Assembly: GCA_964653605.1 (NCBI GenBank)
Contig: CAZZGW010000001.1
Location: 1-48,594, forward strand
DNA length: 48,594 nucleotides
Reading direction: 5' to 3'
Source: Candidatus Woesearchaeota archaeon
GTDB taxonomy: Archaea; Nanobdellota; Nanobdellia; Pacearchaeales; GW2011-AR1
Part shown: in pieces, positions 1 through 8,092 of the stretch
How the letters are laid out: every line of letters begins with the position of its first letter
Position numbering within the stretch: position 1 is the stretch's first letter
The notes under the pieces: generated by a model
The model's input: the letters and a program-made list of their open reading frames with translations, nothing else
Database searches by the model: none
What the model was told of the DNA's origin: nothing
Made by a program: the position numbers and the translations under genes

Positions 1-844
1 CCAAATATAAATCAAGTGGTTTTGCTAAATAGCCCGGGTTTGTGGTGTTTAATTCAATTGAGTTTGTTATATCTGCATGTCTTTCAGCCGCATCTTCACT
101 TAGATAGATTGTGAAATGGAACTTACAAAAGAATGTTCCTTGAGATTCTTGACAGGGTTCTATTCCTGCACAGGTTCCATCATTTTGACAAACATAAGGT
201 ATATCCCTATCTCCTCCTATAAAAACCGTGTCGTTTCCAATCTTTGCTTTAAACTCTCCTTGATTCTCAATCATTTCTTTAAGGTCTTTTGGACTTGCAC
301 CAGCTATTTCAATACGCATAAAGTGATTTCTAGAAAGATCAGAAATAGGACTTACTTTAATATCTGAAAGCCCATATACATTTAATCTATTTGTTGTAAT
401 TGCGACCAAATCATTAATCTCTTCCTTTGTTAATTTTCTATCTTCTGCTTGAACCAATGCTGTTGATCCACCTGCTAAATCTAAACCAGCCTTAATATTT
501 GTTTTAGGTATATTTGAAACAATCATTTGGGGAGATTCATTTGAAAATAAAATTACTTCAACATCTTTTGTATTAATTATAGTTTTTACACTTTGGTTAG
601 AAGGAAACTTCCCCTGAACTATTTTAGTAAATTCTTCTATTTCAAAAATCTCTTGTCCATCAATATGGGTAATTATCTGGCCTTGACGTAGACCTTGAGC
701 AAATTCCGTTGAATTTGAATCTATGCTTGTTATAAGAACTCCTTTCTCTGTAAATGCCGGAGGTAATCCGAAGATAGAAATTAGAGATAATGCTAATACT
801 ATTATTAATAACCAAATTCTAAATGTTAATTTTTTCTTTGCCAT
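1..844 (-). CDS. secD: Protein-export membrane protein SecD (N-terminal part; gene runs off the window start)
   Basis: My minus-strand translation from ATG at 844: MAKKKLTFRIWLLIIVLALSL (signal anchor), GLRQGQIITHIDGQEI, NIKAGLDLAGGS (SecD-like). Open to position 1. Starts 1 nt after the secF stop. Confidence 0.75.
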   Translation of the reverse strand, partial: MAKKKLTFRIWLLIIVLALSLISIFGLPPAFTEKGVLITSIDSNSTEFAQGLRQGQIITHIDGQEIFEIEEFTKIVQGKFPSNQSVKTIINTKDVEVILFSNESPQMIVSNIPKTNIKAGLDLAGGSTALVQAEDRKLTKEEINDLVAITTNRLNVYGLSDIKVSPISDLSRNHFMRIEIAGASPKDLKEMIENQGEFKAKIGNDTVFIGGDRDIPYVCQNDGTCAGIEPCQESQGTFFCKFHFTIYLSEDAAERHADITNSIELNTTNPGYLAKPLDLYL

Positions 845-845
845 C

Positions 846-1742
846 CTATTGTATCCCCTTTGATTTTGCATACCATTTAAGTATTGAAACATTTGTTATC
901 CAAGTGTTTAGGAGATCAAAACCTAAACCCATAACAATTATTGAAAATATTTGTGCTAAGATTGGTGAAAATGATTTTACAACTATTAAGGCTAAAGACA
1001 TTGCAAGTAATGAGGTTAGAGTCATTGTTAACCCTGTTTTAGAAGCTTCTATTAGCCTCTTATTCAAATCCCCTTCTTTTCTTTTTAAAATCCTAGTTGT
1101 AAGAAGAATATCTGTATCAACCGAATAACCAATAAGCATTAGGAATGCAGCAATACCTGCTGTGGACATTTTCATTCCAAGAATATTAGCTAAAACAAGG
1201 GTCATTAGAATATCTGCGAATGCTGAAATAATTACTGCTATCGAAGGAACGATTGTTCGAAAAATTATGAAAACAACAATTGCCATAAAAATGAATGCTA
1301 CAAGAATTGCAATTAATAATTGCCTGTAGAAGCTTTCACTTAAACTTGAACCAGTGAATTCTACACTTGAATTCTCCTCTGTCAACTCATAGCCCAAATA
1401 ATCTCCAACAACTTCTTTTGTTAATTCTGCGGAGGATTTTGTTTCAATTATTAAAGCCATTTCCTCACGAGTTACTAAATCTGAAATTTTTCTTGTGCTT
1501 AAATCATCTAACCGAGGGCCAATAGAATCAACCAAATTTTGTGAATTTATATCTCCATAAATGGTAAGAGACGTTCCACCTGTTAAAGAAATATCTTTAT
1601 ATATAAAATCTCCATTTTGAGAGTTAAAAATTCCAAGATATACCAAAGAAAAGAGAATAAGTGTTGCTGGAATTAGTAAAAGCAACTTATAGTTTCTATC
1701 GTGCCAGTTCTTTTTCGGTTTATTTTCTGTTTGTTCTTCCAT
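846..1742 (-). CDS. secF: Protein-export membrane protein SecF
   Basis: Track ORF 846..1829 trimmed to ATG at 1742 (MEEQTENKPKK) because the upstream in-frame part overlaps a tRNA. C-terminal multi-TM block with GYSVDTDILL. Abuts secD. Confidence 0.85.
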   Translation of the reverse strand: MEEQTENKPKKNWHDRNYKLLLLIPATLILFSLVYLGIFNSQNGDFIYKDISLTGGTSLTIYGDINSQNLVDSIGPRLDDLSTRKISDLVTREEMALIIETKSSAELTKEVVGDYLGYELTEENSSVEFTGSSLSESFYRQLLIAILVAFIFMAIVVFIIFRTIVPSIAVIISAFADILMTLVLANILGMKMSTAGIAAFLMLIGYSVDTDILLTTRILKRKEGDLNKRLIEASKTGLTMTLTSLLAMSLALIVVKSFSPILAQIFSIIVMGLGFDLLNTWITNVSILKWYAKSKGIQ

Positions 1743-1759
1743 TTTCTTTAAAACGTATA

Positions 1760-1831
1760 TGCGCGGATCGGGAATCGAACCCGAATCTTCTCGTTGGAAG
1801 CGAGAAATCATAACCATTAGACCATCCACGC
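1760..1831 (-). tRNA. tRNA-Gly (anticodon TCC)
   Basis: Hand fold of the reverse complement: acceptor GCGTGGA/TCCGCGC, anticodon stem TCTCG/CGAGA with loop CTTCCAA, T-arm with GGTTCGATTCC. Confidence 0.8.
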
Positions 1832-1840
1832 AAACAATAT

Positions 1841-2665
1841 TTAGGTATTTTTGTGCTTTTTTAAATGTTTAGAATTAGAAGGTTTTATTTCTTTAAAAAA
1901 TCTTTTTATCTCTTCTCTTCTATAAAGAAATATTCTTTGATTTCCCTTTGAAACAGAAAACCCTAAAGAACCTAATGCCTGTTCAACTTCCCTCAAAAAA
2001 GAAGTGTCTGCGCTAGTAATTTGAATAACCGGTTCCTTTTTTCTTCTAAAATAAAAACTTCCGTCGGTATCATAAAGTCCCCTAATATAGGCTTTTAAAA
2101 ATTTTTTAGATTTAAATGCCTGCTTTGGAATTTTTAACTTGCCCAACTTATTTCCTTTTGGTAACTGGTATTTATTAAACAAGAGATTTGAGATCTCCTT
2201 AGAATAACATCTTAGTTTTAAGCAACTTTTCTCCCTTCTTAAAGTGAAGGAAAGCCCAAACTTCTCTTCAAAAAGCTTCTTGAGGTGCATAAAATAATCT
2301 TCTTCTCTTAAATCTCCTACAACGCAAACTTCATACTTAAACCTAGAGAGGTGCCCATCACCATTCAAAACACCCAATATCTCAGACAATCTTTCATCCA
2401 TGATAATCTTTGGAATTTCTTTTTTCATATATTTTTGTTTATTTTCTTCTGTAAATGAAATTGGAGTTACACCAACTATTCTTTTCCAATCTAAAAAAAG
2501 GTCTTTCGGAATATCATATCTTCCCGAGAGGTAATTAAAAAACATTGCCCTACTAATATTATATTTTGGATAAAATCCTTCCCAAGACTTTCCAATTTCT
2601 AATTTTACTTTATTAAAAAATTTCTTTCTTTCAGCTTCAGACAATTTTACAAAGATGGGCATCAT
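1841..2665 (-). CDS. Free-standing double-motif LAGLIDADG homing-endonuclease-like protein
   Basis: Two LAGLIDADG-type motifs (ILGVLNGDGHLS and IRGLYDTDGSFY) spaced about 95 aa apart. Lies between tRNA genes. Confidence 0.8.
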   Translation of the reverse strand: MMPIFVKLSEAERKKFFNKVKLEIGKSWEGFYPKYNISRAMFFNYLSGRYDIPKDLFLDWKRIVGVTPISFTEENKQKYMKKEIPKIIMDERLSEILGVLNGDGHLSRFKYEVCVVGDLREEDYFMHLKKLFEEKFGLSFTLRREKSCLKLRCYSKEISNLLFNKYQLPKGNKLGKLKIPKQAFKSKKFLKAYIRGLYDTDGSFYFRRKKEPVIQITSADTSFLREVEQALGSLGFSVSKGNQRIFLYRREEIKRFFKEIKPSNSKHLKKHKNT

Positions 2666-2696
2666 AAACTAAAAATGCTAATACTTATAAATTTAT

Positions 2697-2727
2697 CCTC
2701 TGTTCTACCGCTAAACTAATCCTCCTT
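2697..2727 (-). pseudogene. Orphan tRNA 5' fragment (acceptor 5' strand, D-arm and 5' anticodon stem only)
   Basis: Reverse complement reads GGAGGAT TA GTTT AGCGGTA GAAC A GAGGA, then AT-rich sequence running into the LAGLIDADG start. I found no matching 3' half in the window. Confidence 0.35.
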
Positions 2728-2750
2728 TTAATAAAATTCTTGTGAGAACA

Positions 2751-2877
2751 CGCCCGAGGCAGGATTTGAACCTGCGACTTCTTCCTTGCTCCAAAATCAA
2801 AAGATTTTGAGCAATCAAAAGATTGCATCTTTTTGCTTAGGAGGGAAGCACTCTAATCCAGGCTGAGTTACCCGGGC
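2751..2877 (-). tRNA. tRNA-Arg (anticodon CCT) with a ~51-nt intron at the canonical 37/38 position
   Basis: Hand fold: acceptor GCCCGGG/CTCGGGC, D-arm ACTC..GAGT, anticodon stem CTTCC ... GGAAG interrupted after loop CTCCTA, T-arm GCAGG TTCAAAT CCTGC. 127 nt against 76 nt expected. Confidence 0.7.
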
Positions 2878-2885
2878 AAAACCCA

Positions 2886-2969
2886 TGCGGACGAAAGGAT
2901 TCGAACCCTCGCAAGCACTAAGCTACTGGAGCCTTAGTCCAGCCCGTTTGACCACTCCGGCACGTCCGC
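2886..2969 (-). tRNA. tRNA-Leu (class II, long variable arm); the anticodon loop reads CTAAGGC, so apparent anticodon AAG
   Basis: Acceptor GCGGACG/CGTCCGC, D region CCGGAGTGGTCAAACGG, anticodon stem CTGGA/TCCAG, variable arm TAGCTTAGTGCTTGC. Aligns position by position with the tRNA-Leu at 21500. Confidence 0.75.
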
Positions 2970-3081
2970 ATAAAAATCCTACAAATTTAAGGTATAAAAA
3001 GGTATTTCTAATTATAAAAGACAAAACCCAAGTAAGAACCTCAAAAGAAAACTTTATATACTCATAATTAGTTCAGATTTT

Positions 3082-3193
3082 AAGACAGCCATAGTAATTT
3101 GGTAACACCTGTTCCCTTTCCGAACACAGAAGTTAAGCTTATTACGTTGTTACTGGTACTGCCCGGAAAGGCGGAAACGTTTCAAGCTGTCTT
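3082..3193 (+). rRNA. rrf: 5S ribosomal RNA
   Basis: Contains CCCTTTCCGAACACAGAAGTTAAGC (conserved 5S loop C/helix III region). Terminal helix AAGACAGC...GCTGTCTT. Followed by a T-rich tract. Confidence 0.85.
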
Positions 3194-3216
3194 ATTTTCT
3201 TTTTTTAAGAATTTAA

Positions 3217-3405
3217 TTACCATCTCTTTTTAATTAAATTTATTACAACATAACTTAAAATGAAGATGAATCCTAAGCCTATTAGAAAGTGATAAAGGAA
3301 CCTATCTATTCCATAACTTAAATGCCCCCTAGAATAAACAAAGCTAGGCATTATTCCCAAGAGCAGACCTATCGCTACATTGTAAAGTTTTGGTTTAAAA
3401 TCCAT
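3217..3405 (-). CDS. Hypothetical small 2-TM membrane protein
   Basis: 62-aa ORF with two hydrophobic helices. No recognisable family. Confidence 0.4.
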   Translation of the reverse strand: MDFKPKLYNVAIGLLLGIMPSFVYSRGHLSYGIDRFLYHFLIGLGFIFILSYVVINLIKKRW

Positions 3406-3433
3406 AAACTAGAGGGGCATTTTAAGAAGAATT

Positions 3434-3631
3434 TTACGACTTCTTGAATCTAGCGACTAATTCAATTGTATCAGTTTGTCCTAAGAAAACACTTCTGCAG
3501 CAGAATTTTTCAAGTCCTAACTCATCTAAGACTTTTTTTTGGTTTTCTCCGGCTTCTACTCTTTGTTTGAATTCTTCCCACAGGTGACCAATTGGTTTCC
3601 CACATGAAAAGCATCTAACTGGAATTATCAT
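3434..3631 (-). CDS. rpoN: DNA-directed RNA polymerase subunit N (Rpo10)
   Basis: MIIPVRCFSCGKPIGHLWEEF... is the canonical RpoN/Rpb10 zinc-bundle N-terminus. 65 aa. Confidence 0.95.
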   Translation of the reverse strand: MIIPVRCFSCGKPIGHLWEEFKQRVEAGENQKKVLDELGLEKFCCRSVFLGQTDTIELVARFKKS

Positions 3632-3759
3632 AATAATAAGGCTATAATTTAGTTTTTAAAGGTTTTGTCTGAAGTATTTTCTAGTTAACACAAATCTTTA
3701 AAAACTTTAAGAAATTTTAGAATTCTGAATCCCAAAGGGATGTTCAAAAAAGAGGAAAG

Positions 3760-4002
3760 ATGACAAAGAAATGTATTTATTGTTCAAGTGAAATCTCAGA
3801 CGAATCAGTCGTAGATTTTTGCAAAAGATGTGGTGTGAGTGTTTGGGGAGAAAAGATGTTCAAGACAATTGTAAATAATATGGAAAATGCTCGGGATAAG
3901 GGGGATCTATGCCACAACAACGATAGAAACGATTTTTCTGATACAATGAACAAACAAGAAAATCTTAGCATAAATCCTGAATTTCAAAGCAAATTTTCTT
4001 AA
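3760..4002 (+). CDS. Small zinc-ribbon protein (CxxC...CxxC)
   Basis: CIYCSSEI...[11 protein letters not shown]. 80 aa. Confidence 0.5.
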   Translation: MTKKCIYCSSEISDESVVDFCKRCGVSVWGEKMFKTIVNNMENARDKGDLCHNNDRNDFSDTMNKQENLSINPEFQSKFS

Positions 4003-4039
4003 AAGATAGTTTTTTAAAGGAATTTTTCTCTAGTTTTCC

Positions 4040-4309
4040 ATGGTTAATAGAAAAAAAATCCGTACTAGAGGAAAACTTCAATTTAGCAAATATTTTCAGA
4101 ATCTTAAAGAAGGAGATTTAGTTTCAGTTGTGGCTGAAAAATCTCAAAATATCTCTTTCCCAACGAGACTTCAGGGAAGAACAGGAGTGGTAATTGGAAA
4201 AAGGGGAAGAGCAAACATTGTTAAGATTAAAGATCAAACAATGGAAAAAGAATTTATAATTAAGTCAATACATTTAAAAAAAATAAAACCTATAGAGACA
4301 AAGCAATAA
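4040..4309 (+). CDS. rpl21e: 50S ribosomal protein L21e
   Basis: RTRGKLQFSKYFQ..GDLVSVV....FPTRLQGRTGVVIGKRG matches the L21e SH3-like pattern. Conserved L21e-rpoF-DUF655 context. Confidence 0.9.
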   Translation: MVNRKKIRTRGKLQFSKYFQNLKEGDLVSVVAEKSQNISFPTRLQGRTGVVIGKRGRANIVKIKDQTMEKEFIIKSIHLKKIKPIETKQ

Positions 4310-4310
4310 A

Positions 4311-4604
4311 ATGATAAAAAATAGCGAACCTTTAAGCATGGCAGAATCTAGTGAATACCTTGAAAAAGGAGATGACGCATTGGTTTTCATAAAAAAATTC
4401 ACGAAGATGAAACCTGGAAAAGCTAAAGAATTGAGAAAAAAATTACAAGATTTAAAAAATATTAAGATAAACGATAAACACATCTCAAAAGTGATAGATG
4501 TATTACCAGAAAAGTCAGAAGAAATAAATAAAATATTTATGGACGTTGCACTGGATGAGGATGAAACAAAAAAAATACTCGAAATTGTTAAAGAATACAA
4601 GTAA
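4311..4604 (+). CDS. rpoF: DNA-directed RNA polymerase subunit F (Rpo4, Rpb4 family)
   Basis: FTKMKPGKAKELRKKL....ISKVIDVLPEKSEEINKIF....ILEIVKEY parallels archaeal RpoF. Position after L21e. Confidence 0.8.
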   Translation: MIKNSEPLSMAESSEYLEKGDDALVFIKKFTKMKPGKAKELRKKLQDLKNIKINDKHISKVIDVLPEKSEEINKIFMDVALDEDETKKILEIVKEYK

Positions 4605-5152
4605 TGAAAATGGGAAAAGAAGAACATGCAATAATACTAGAATATCTACCAAACGGTTATCCGTTGGAGAAAAAGATGATGCCCATAGCTCAAGCTATTG
4701 GTGAATCGGGCTTAACACTTCTTGAACTAGTTCCACGTAGAGGCTTACAATTAGAGATTGGAGAAAAAGTGTATATTGGAGAAGGGAAACGTGATAAAAT
4801 CTATTATATTCTTGGGAGATTAAAGAAAGAAAAAATTACTGAACAAGCTAAAGCACAATTAGAAGAATTTATAAAGGAAGTTGTCAAGAAAAAAGAGAAA
4901 GAATTTGTTGAGTTCTTCAACAAGTCTGAAGCAATCAATAAAAGGGTACATCAAATTGAATTGCTACCTGGTTTAGGAAAGAAACATATGCAAGAAATTC
5001 TAAAACAAAGGAAAGAAAAAGAATTCGAATCTTTTGAGGAAATGAAAAGTAGGATTCAAAACTTACCTGATCCAGAAAAGGCTGTTGAGAAAAGAATACT
5101 TCAAGAGTTAATAAACATGGAGAGATATAATTTATTCAGTGGTACAAGATGA
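4604..5152 (+). CDS. DUF655-family RNA/DNA-binding protein (OB plus HhH)
   Basis: AIILEYLPNGYP... N-terminus and C-terminal LPGLGKKHMQEIL HhH. Conserved neighbour of rpoF in archaea. Confidence 0.8.
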   Translation: MKMGKEEHAIILEYLPNGYPLEKKMMPIAQAIGESGLTLLELVPRRGLQLEIGEKVYIGEGKRDKIYYILGRLKKEKITEQAKAQLEEFIKEVVKKKEKEFVEFFNKSEAINKRVHQIELLPGLGKKHMQEILKQRKEKEFESFEEMKSRIQNLPDPEKAVEKRILQELINMERYNLFSGTR

Positions 5153-5679
5153 ACGAAGAAAATACAGAACTAACCAATAAAGAAAATGAATCCGCTAGTG
5201 AAAAAGGAAGCGAACTAAAGCAAGAAATAAAACAAACAAAAAAAGAAGATCGTATAGTTAGAATTCTGCAAAAAGATATCGAGGGTAAAACAAACGTTTA
5301 TTCTGGACTTGCCAAAATCAAAGGGGTCTCTTGGACTCTTTCAAATGCTGTTTGTAAAAAGGTTGGAATTCCAAAAACAAAGAAAGTAGGTACTTTAACC
5401 GACGACGAAATAAAAAACATTGAAGCGTTCTTAAAAAATCCAGATTTACCGGGATTTTTAGTTAACAGACAAAAAGATTTTGAAACGGGAGAAGACAAAC
5501 ACATTACCGGAACAGATTTGGAATTAAGAAAAGATTTTGATATTAAAAGATTGAAAAAAATAAAGTCTTATAGAGGCTTTAGACACATGGCCGGATTACC
5601 CATGAGAGGTCAAAGAACTAAATCAAACTTTAGAAGAAATAGAGCTAAAGGTTCTGGAATAAAGAAAAAAGGTAAATAA
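5149..5679 (+). CDS. rps13: 30S ribosomal protein S13 (uS13) with ~32-aa K/E-rich N-terminal extension
   Basis: IVRILQKDIEGKTNVYSGLAKIKGV....RGFRHMAGLPMRGQRTKSN. Confidence 0.95.
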   Translation: MNEENTELTNKENESASEKGSELKQEIKQTKKEDRIVRILQKDIEGKTNVYSGLAKIKGVSWTLSNAVCKKVGIPKTKKVGTLTDDEIKNIEAFLKNPDLPGFLVNRQKDFETGEDKHITGTDLELRKDFDIKRLKKIKSYRGFRHMAGLPMRGQRTKSNFRRNRAKGSGIKKKGK

Positions 5680-5681
5680 AA

Positions 5682-6209
5682 ATGAAAAGAAAACACAAAA
5701 GTTATTCAAAACCAAAAAGACCTTTTGATAAGGCAAGAATTGATGAGGAAGCTGTAATCAAGAAAGAGTTTGGTTTAAAAAATAAAAAAGAAATTTGGAA
5801 AGCTGATGCACAAATAAAAAAGATGCGTGAAAAGGCTAAAAAATTAATTGGTAAATCTGAAGAAGACCAAAAAGCTTTATTCGAAAGATTAAACAAAATA
5901 GGAATGAACGTTCATACTATTGCAGATATTCTTGCGTTAGAAAAACAAGATTATCTTAAAAGAAGATTGCAAACAGTTGTTGCAAAAAAAGAACTTGCAT
6001 TCAGTGTTAAAGAGGCAAGGCAAATGATTACCCATAGAAAAGTTTTGGTTAATGGAAAAGTTGTGAATAAACCTTCATATATTGTTCCCGTAGAACTTGA
6101 AGGAAAAATTACAATAAAGCCTAAAAAACCAAAAAAGAAAAAAGAAGTACAAAAAGAAGAAGTTCAAGAAGAAAAAGTGGAAGAAAACAAGGAGGAAAGT
6201 AAAGAATAA
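5682..6209 (+). CDS. rps4: 30S ribosomal protein S4 (uS4) with K/E-rich C-terminal tail
   Basis: KSYSKPKRPFDKARIDEE...; S4 domain RQMITHRKVLVNGKVVNKPSYIV. Confidence 0.95.
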   Translation: MKRKHKSYSKPKRPFDKARIDEEAVIKKEFGLKNKKEIWKADAQIKKMREKAKKLIGKSEEDQKALFERLNKIGMNVHTIADILALEKQDYLKRRLQTVVAKKELAFSVKEARQMITHRKVLVNGKVVNKPSYIVPVELEGKITIKPKKPKKKKEVQKEEVQEEKVEENKEESKE

Positions 6210-6760
6210 TGGCAGAAAAAGAAATCCAAAAAGATAAAAAAATGGATGAAGTTCCAGAACCAAGCTCAAAGACAGAGTCTTTGGCAAAGTCCGCTAGTGA
6301 AAAAGGAAGCGAACTTAAGGAAGATAGGATAGAAATAAAAGAAGAAGTTCCTGTAAAGAAAAAAGAAGTTCCTAAGAAGAAGGACAGAATTATTGAAGCT
6401 GTTGTAAACATTTATACTTCATTCAACAACACAATTGTTCATGTTACAGACATGTCTGGAAGAACAATTACAAAAGTTTCTGGAGGGATGGTTACTAAAC
6501 ATAACCGTTTAAAGGCAAATCCTACAATTGCTATGTTTATTGCTAAAAGAATTTCAGAATCAATGAAAGAAGCTGGTGTTAAGTCTCTTTACGTAAGAAT
6601 TAGAGCTAAAACAGGGAATAACTCTCCAGGGCCTGGTGCAAATGCCTTAATTAAGAGCTTATCCAGAGAAGGCTTTAAGATCCTTAATATATTAGATGCA
6701 ACAAGGGTTCCTCGTGGTGGGCCAAAGAAAAAAGGGGGAAGACGTGGAAGAAGAGTTTAA
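6209..6760 (+). CDS. rps11: 30S ribosomal protein S11 (uS11) with ~58-aa K/E-rich N-terminal extension
   Basis: VNIYTSFNNTIVHVTDMSG....GPGANALIKSL...DATRVPRGGPKKKGGRRGRR. Confidence 0.95.
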   Translation: MAEKEIQKDKKMDEVPEPSSKTESLAKSASEKGSELKEDRIEIKEEVPVKKKEVPKKKDRIIEAVVNIYTSFNNTIVHVTDMSGRTITKVSGGMVTKHNRLKANPTIAMFIAKRISESMKEAGVKSLYVRIRAKTGNNSPGPGANALIKSLSREGFKILNILDATRVPRGGPKKKGGRRGRRV

Positions 6761-6784
6761 AAACGCTCTTTAATTTTTATTAAA

Positions 6785-7486
6785 ATGAGAAAGATAAAGG
6801 ATACAAAAGAAAAGTTAGTATTTGAGGCAGAAGTAAACATTACTTTGGCCAATGGTATAAGAAGATACGTTAATAGCGTCCCAGTTATTGCTATTGAGGA
6901 AGTTGAAATTTCTAGAAACGACTCTCCTTTATATGATGAAACTGTTGCTCACAGAATGGGTTTAATTCCATTAAAACAAGGTAAAAAGGATGCTAAATTC
7001 AAATTAAAGGTTAAGAGAGAAGGAATGGTTTATTCTGGAGATATTGAAGGAGAAGCTCAAATTGTTTATGATAAAATACCTATTACTTTATTGAGTAAAG
7101 GGCAAGAAATTGAAATAAAAGGAACTACTGCTCCTGGAATTGGAAAAGATCACGCCAAGTTCTCTCCTGGAAACTTAACTTACAGAGAAGTTGTTGAAGT
7201 TACTTTAGAAAAAAATTGTGCCGAAAAGGTAAAACAAGTTGTTCCAGAGGTTAATATTAAAGTTAAAGGAAATAGTGCGGTAATTATTGATGAACTTGAA
7301 AAGGAAATTGTAGATGTTTGTGAAGGAATTTGTGAAAAGGAAGGAAAGAATCTTGAAGTTAAACCATTAAACAAAGTAATCTTTAACATGGAAAGCTTTG
7401 GCCAACTTAAAACTCAAGATATTTTTAAGAAAGCTCTAGATATTTTTAAGAAAGAGCTTGAAGAAGTTAATAAAAAGTTGAAATAA
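6785..7486 (+). CDS. rpoD: DNA-directed RNA polymerase subunit D (Rpo3)
   Basis: LANGIRRYVNSVPVIAIEEVEISRNDSPLYDETVAHRMGLIPL. Follows S11 as in the archaeal alpha-operon equivalent. Confidence 0.9.
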   Translation: MRKIKDTKEKLVFEAEVNITLANGIRRYVNSVPVIAIEEVEISRNDSPLYDETVAHRMGLIPLKQGKKDAKFKLKVKREGMVYSGDIEGEAQIVYDKIPITLLSKGQEIEIKGTTAPGIGKDHAKFSPGNLTYREVVEVTLEKNCAEKVKQVVPEVNIKVKGNSAVIIDELEKEIVDVCEGICEKEGKNLEVKPLNKVIFNMESFGQLKTQDIFKKALDIFKKELEEVNKKLK

Positions 7487-7543
7487 TTCTAAAATTTTGC
7501 AAAAAAAATAAGTAAATTTTTATTCTATTCTTCATATAAGTGA

Positions 7544-7606
7544 CATATGAAATTATTTTCATATGTATTTGACAAAAAAAAGATTTAAAATTAGAAAATC
7601 TTTTTT
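7544..7606. terminator. Two hairpins between convergent rpoD and the island (bidirectional terminator region)
   Basis: CATATGAAA-ttat-TTTCATATG (7544-7565) and AAAAAAGATTT-n9-AAATCTTTTTT (7576-7606), with A/T runs on both sides. Confidence 0.5.
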
Positions 7607-7649
7607 TGTTGTGTTAAATAACTTCCTTCAAGAGGAAAAGTTAAGAGGG

Positions 7650-7961
7650 TTAATTGTTAGTATTAATTAAAGAAATATTTTCTAAGATTCTATATTTGAT
7701 TATATCTTTCTTTAGTAAATCTGATTTAGGGAAAATTCTTCTAGAATGATAATCAAGAAATAATTTGTTGTTTCCTGCATGCCTCAACTTCACTTTCTCG
7801 TCTGACAAACAAAGGAATTTTTGATAACTTACAGTATCAATTAGTCCAGAAGAATTAATTACTTCAATTTCACAATTAACTTTATACTCCACTAAATCTT
7901 TTTCTTCGATGCATCCTGTAAAAAGGAGAGGCATTATCAATGTTAATAAAAACTTTTTCAA
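7650..7961 (-). CDS. Hypothetical small lipoprotein (lipobox LFTG|C)
   Basis: TTG start. N-terminus MKKFLLTLIMPLLFTGC. 103 aa. Confidence 0.55.
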   Translation of the reverse strand: MKKFLLTLIMPLLFTGCIEEKDLVEYKVNCEIEVINSSGLIDTVSYQKFLCLSDEKVKLRHAGNNKLFLDYHSRRIFPKSDLLKKDIIKYRILENISLINTNN

Positions 7962-8042
7962 CTTTTTTTCCTTTCTTTATTTAAGTTAATACTCCTTTGG
8001 TTATATATTTTTCTGCTTAATGCAGATTATTTGTATCAAAGG

Positions 8043-8080
8043 AAGAAAAAAACCCTTCCAAAAAGTTTCAGAAGGGTTTT
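8043..8080 (-). terminator. Intrinsic-type hairpin plus T-run after ORF 8093..8308
   Basis: AAAACCCTTC-n12-GAAGGGTTTT, followed on the minus strand by a T run. Confidence 0.5.
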
Positions 8081-8092
8081 TGATAATTTAAT

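Noticed and set aside
116-1128. Plus-strand ORFs 116..367 and 823..1128
   Set aside because: They are antisense to the much longer, motif-bearing secD/secF frames, and their F/S/L-rich composition is typical of shadow ORFs.
1743-1829. N-terminal 29 codons of track ORF 846..1829 (MDGLMVMISRFQREDSGSIPDPRIYVLKK)
   Set aside because: This part is the in-frame read-through of tRNA-Gly (1760..1831). SecF more plausibly starts at ATG 1742.
2885-3067. Plus-strand ORF 2885..3067
   Set aside because: It is the antisense of tRNA-Leu (2886..2969) plus AT-rich spacer and has no coding features.
3777-7389. Minus-strand ORFs inside the r-protein/RNAP block (3777..3971, 4274..4627, 5298..5504, 5702..5896, 6075..6287, 6121..6411, 7180..7389)
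   Set aside because: They are antisense shadows of K/E-rich genes (poly-F/L/S products). The plus-strand products all match known families.
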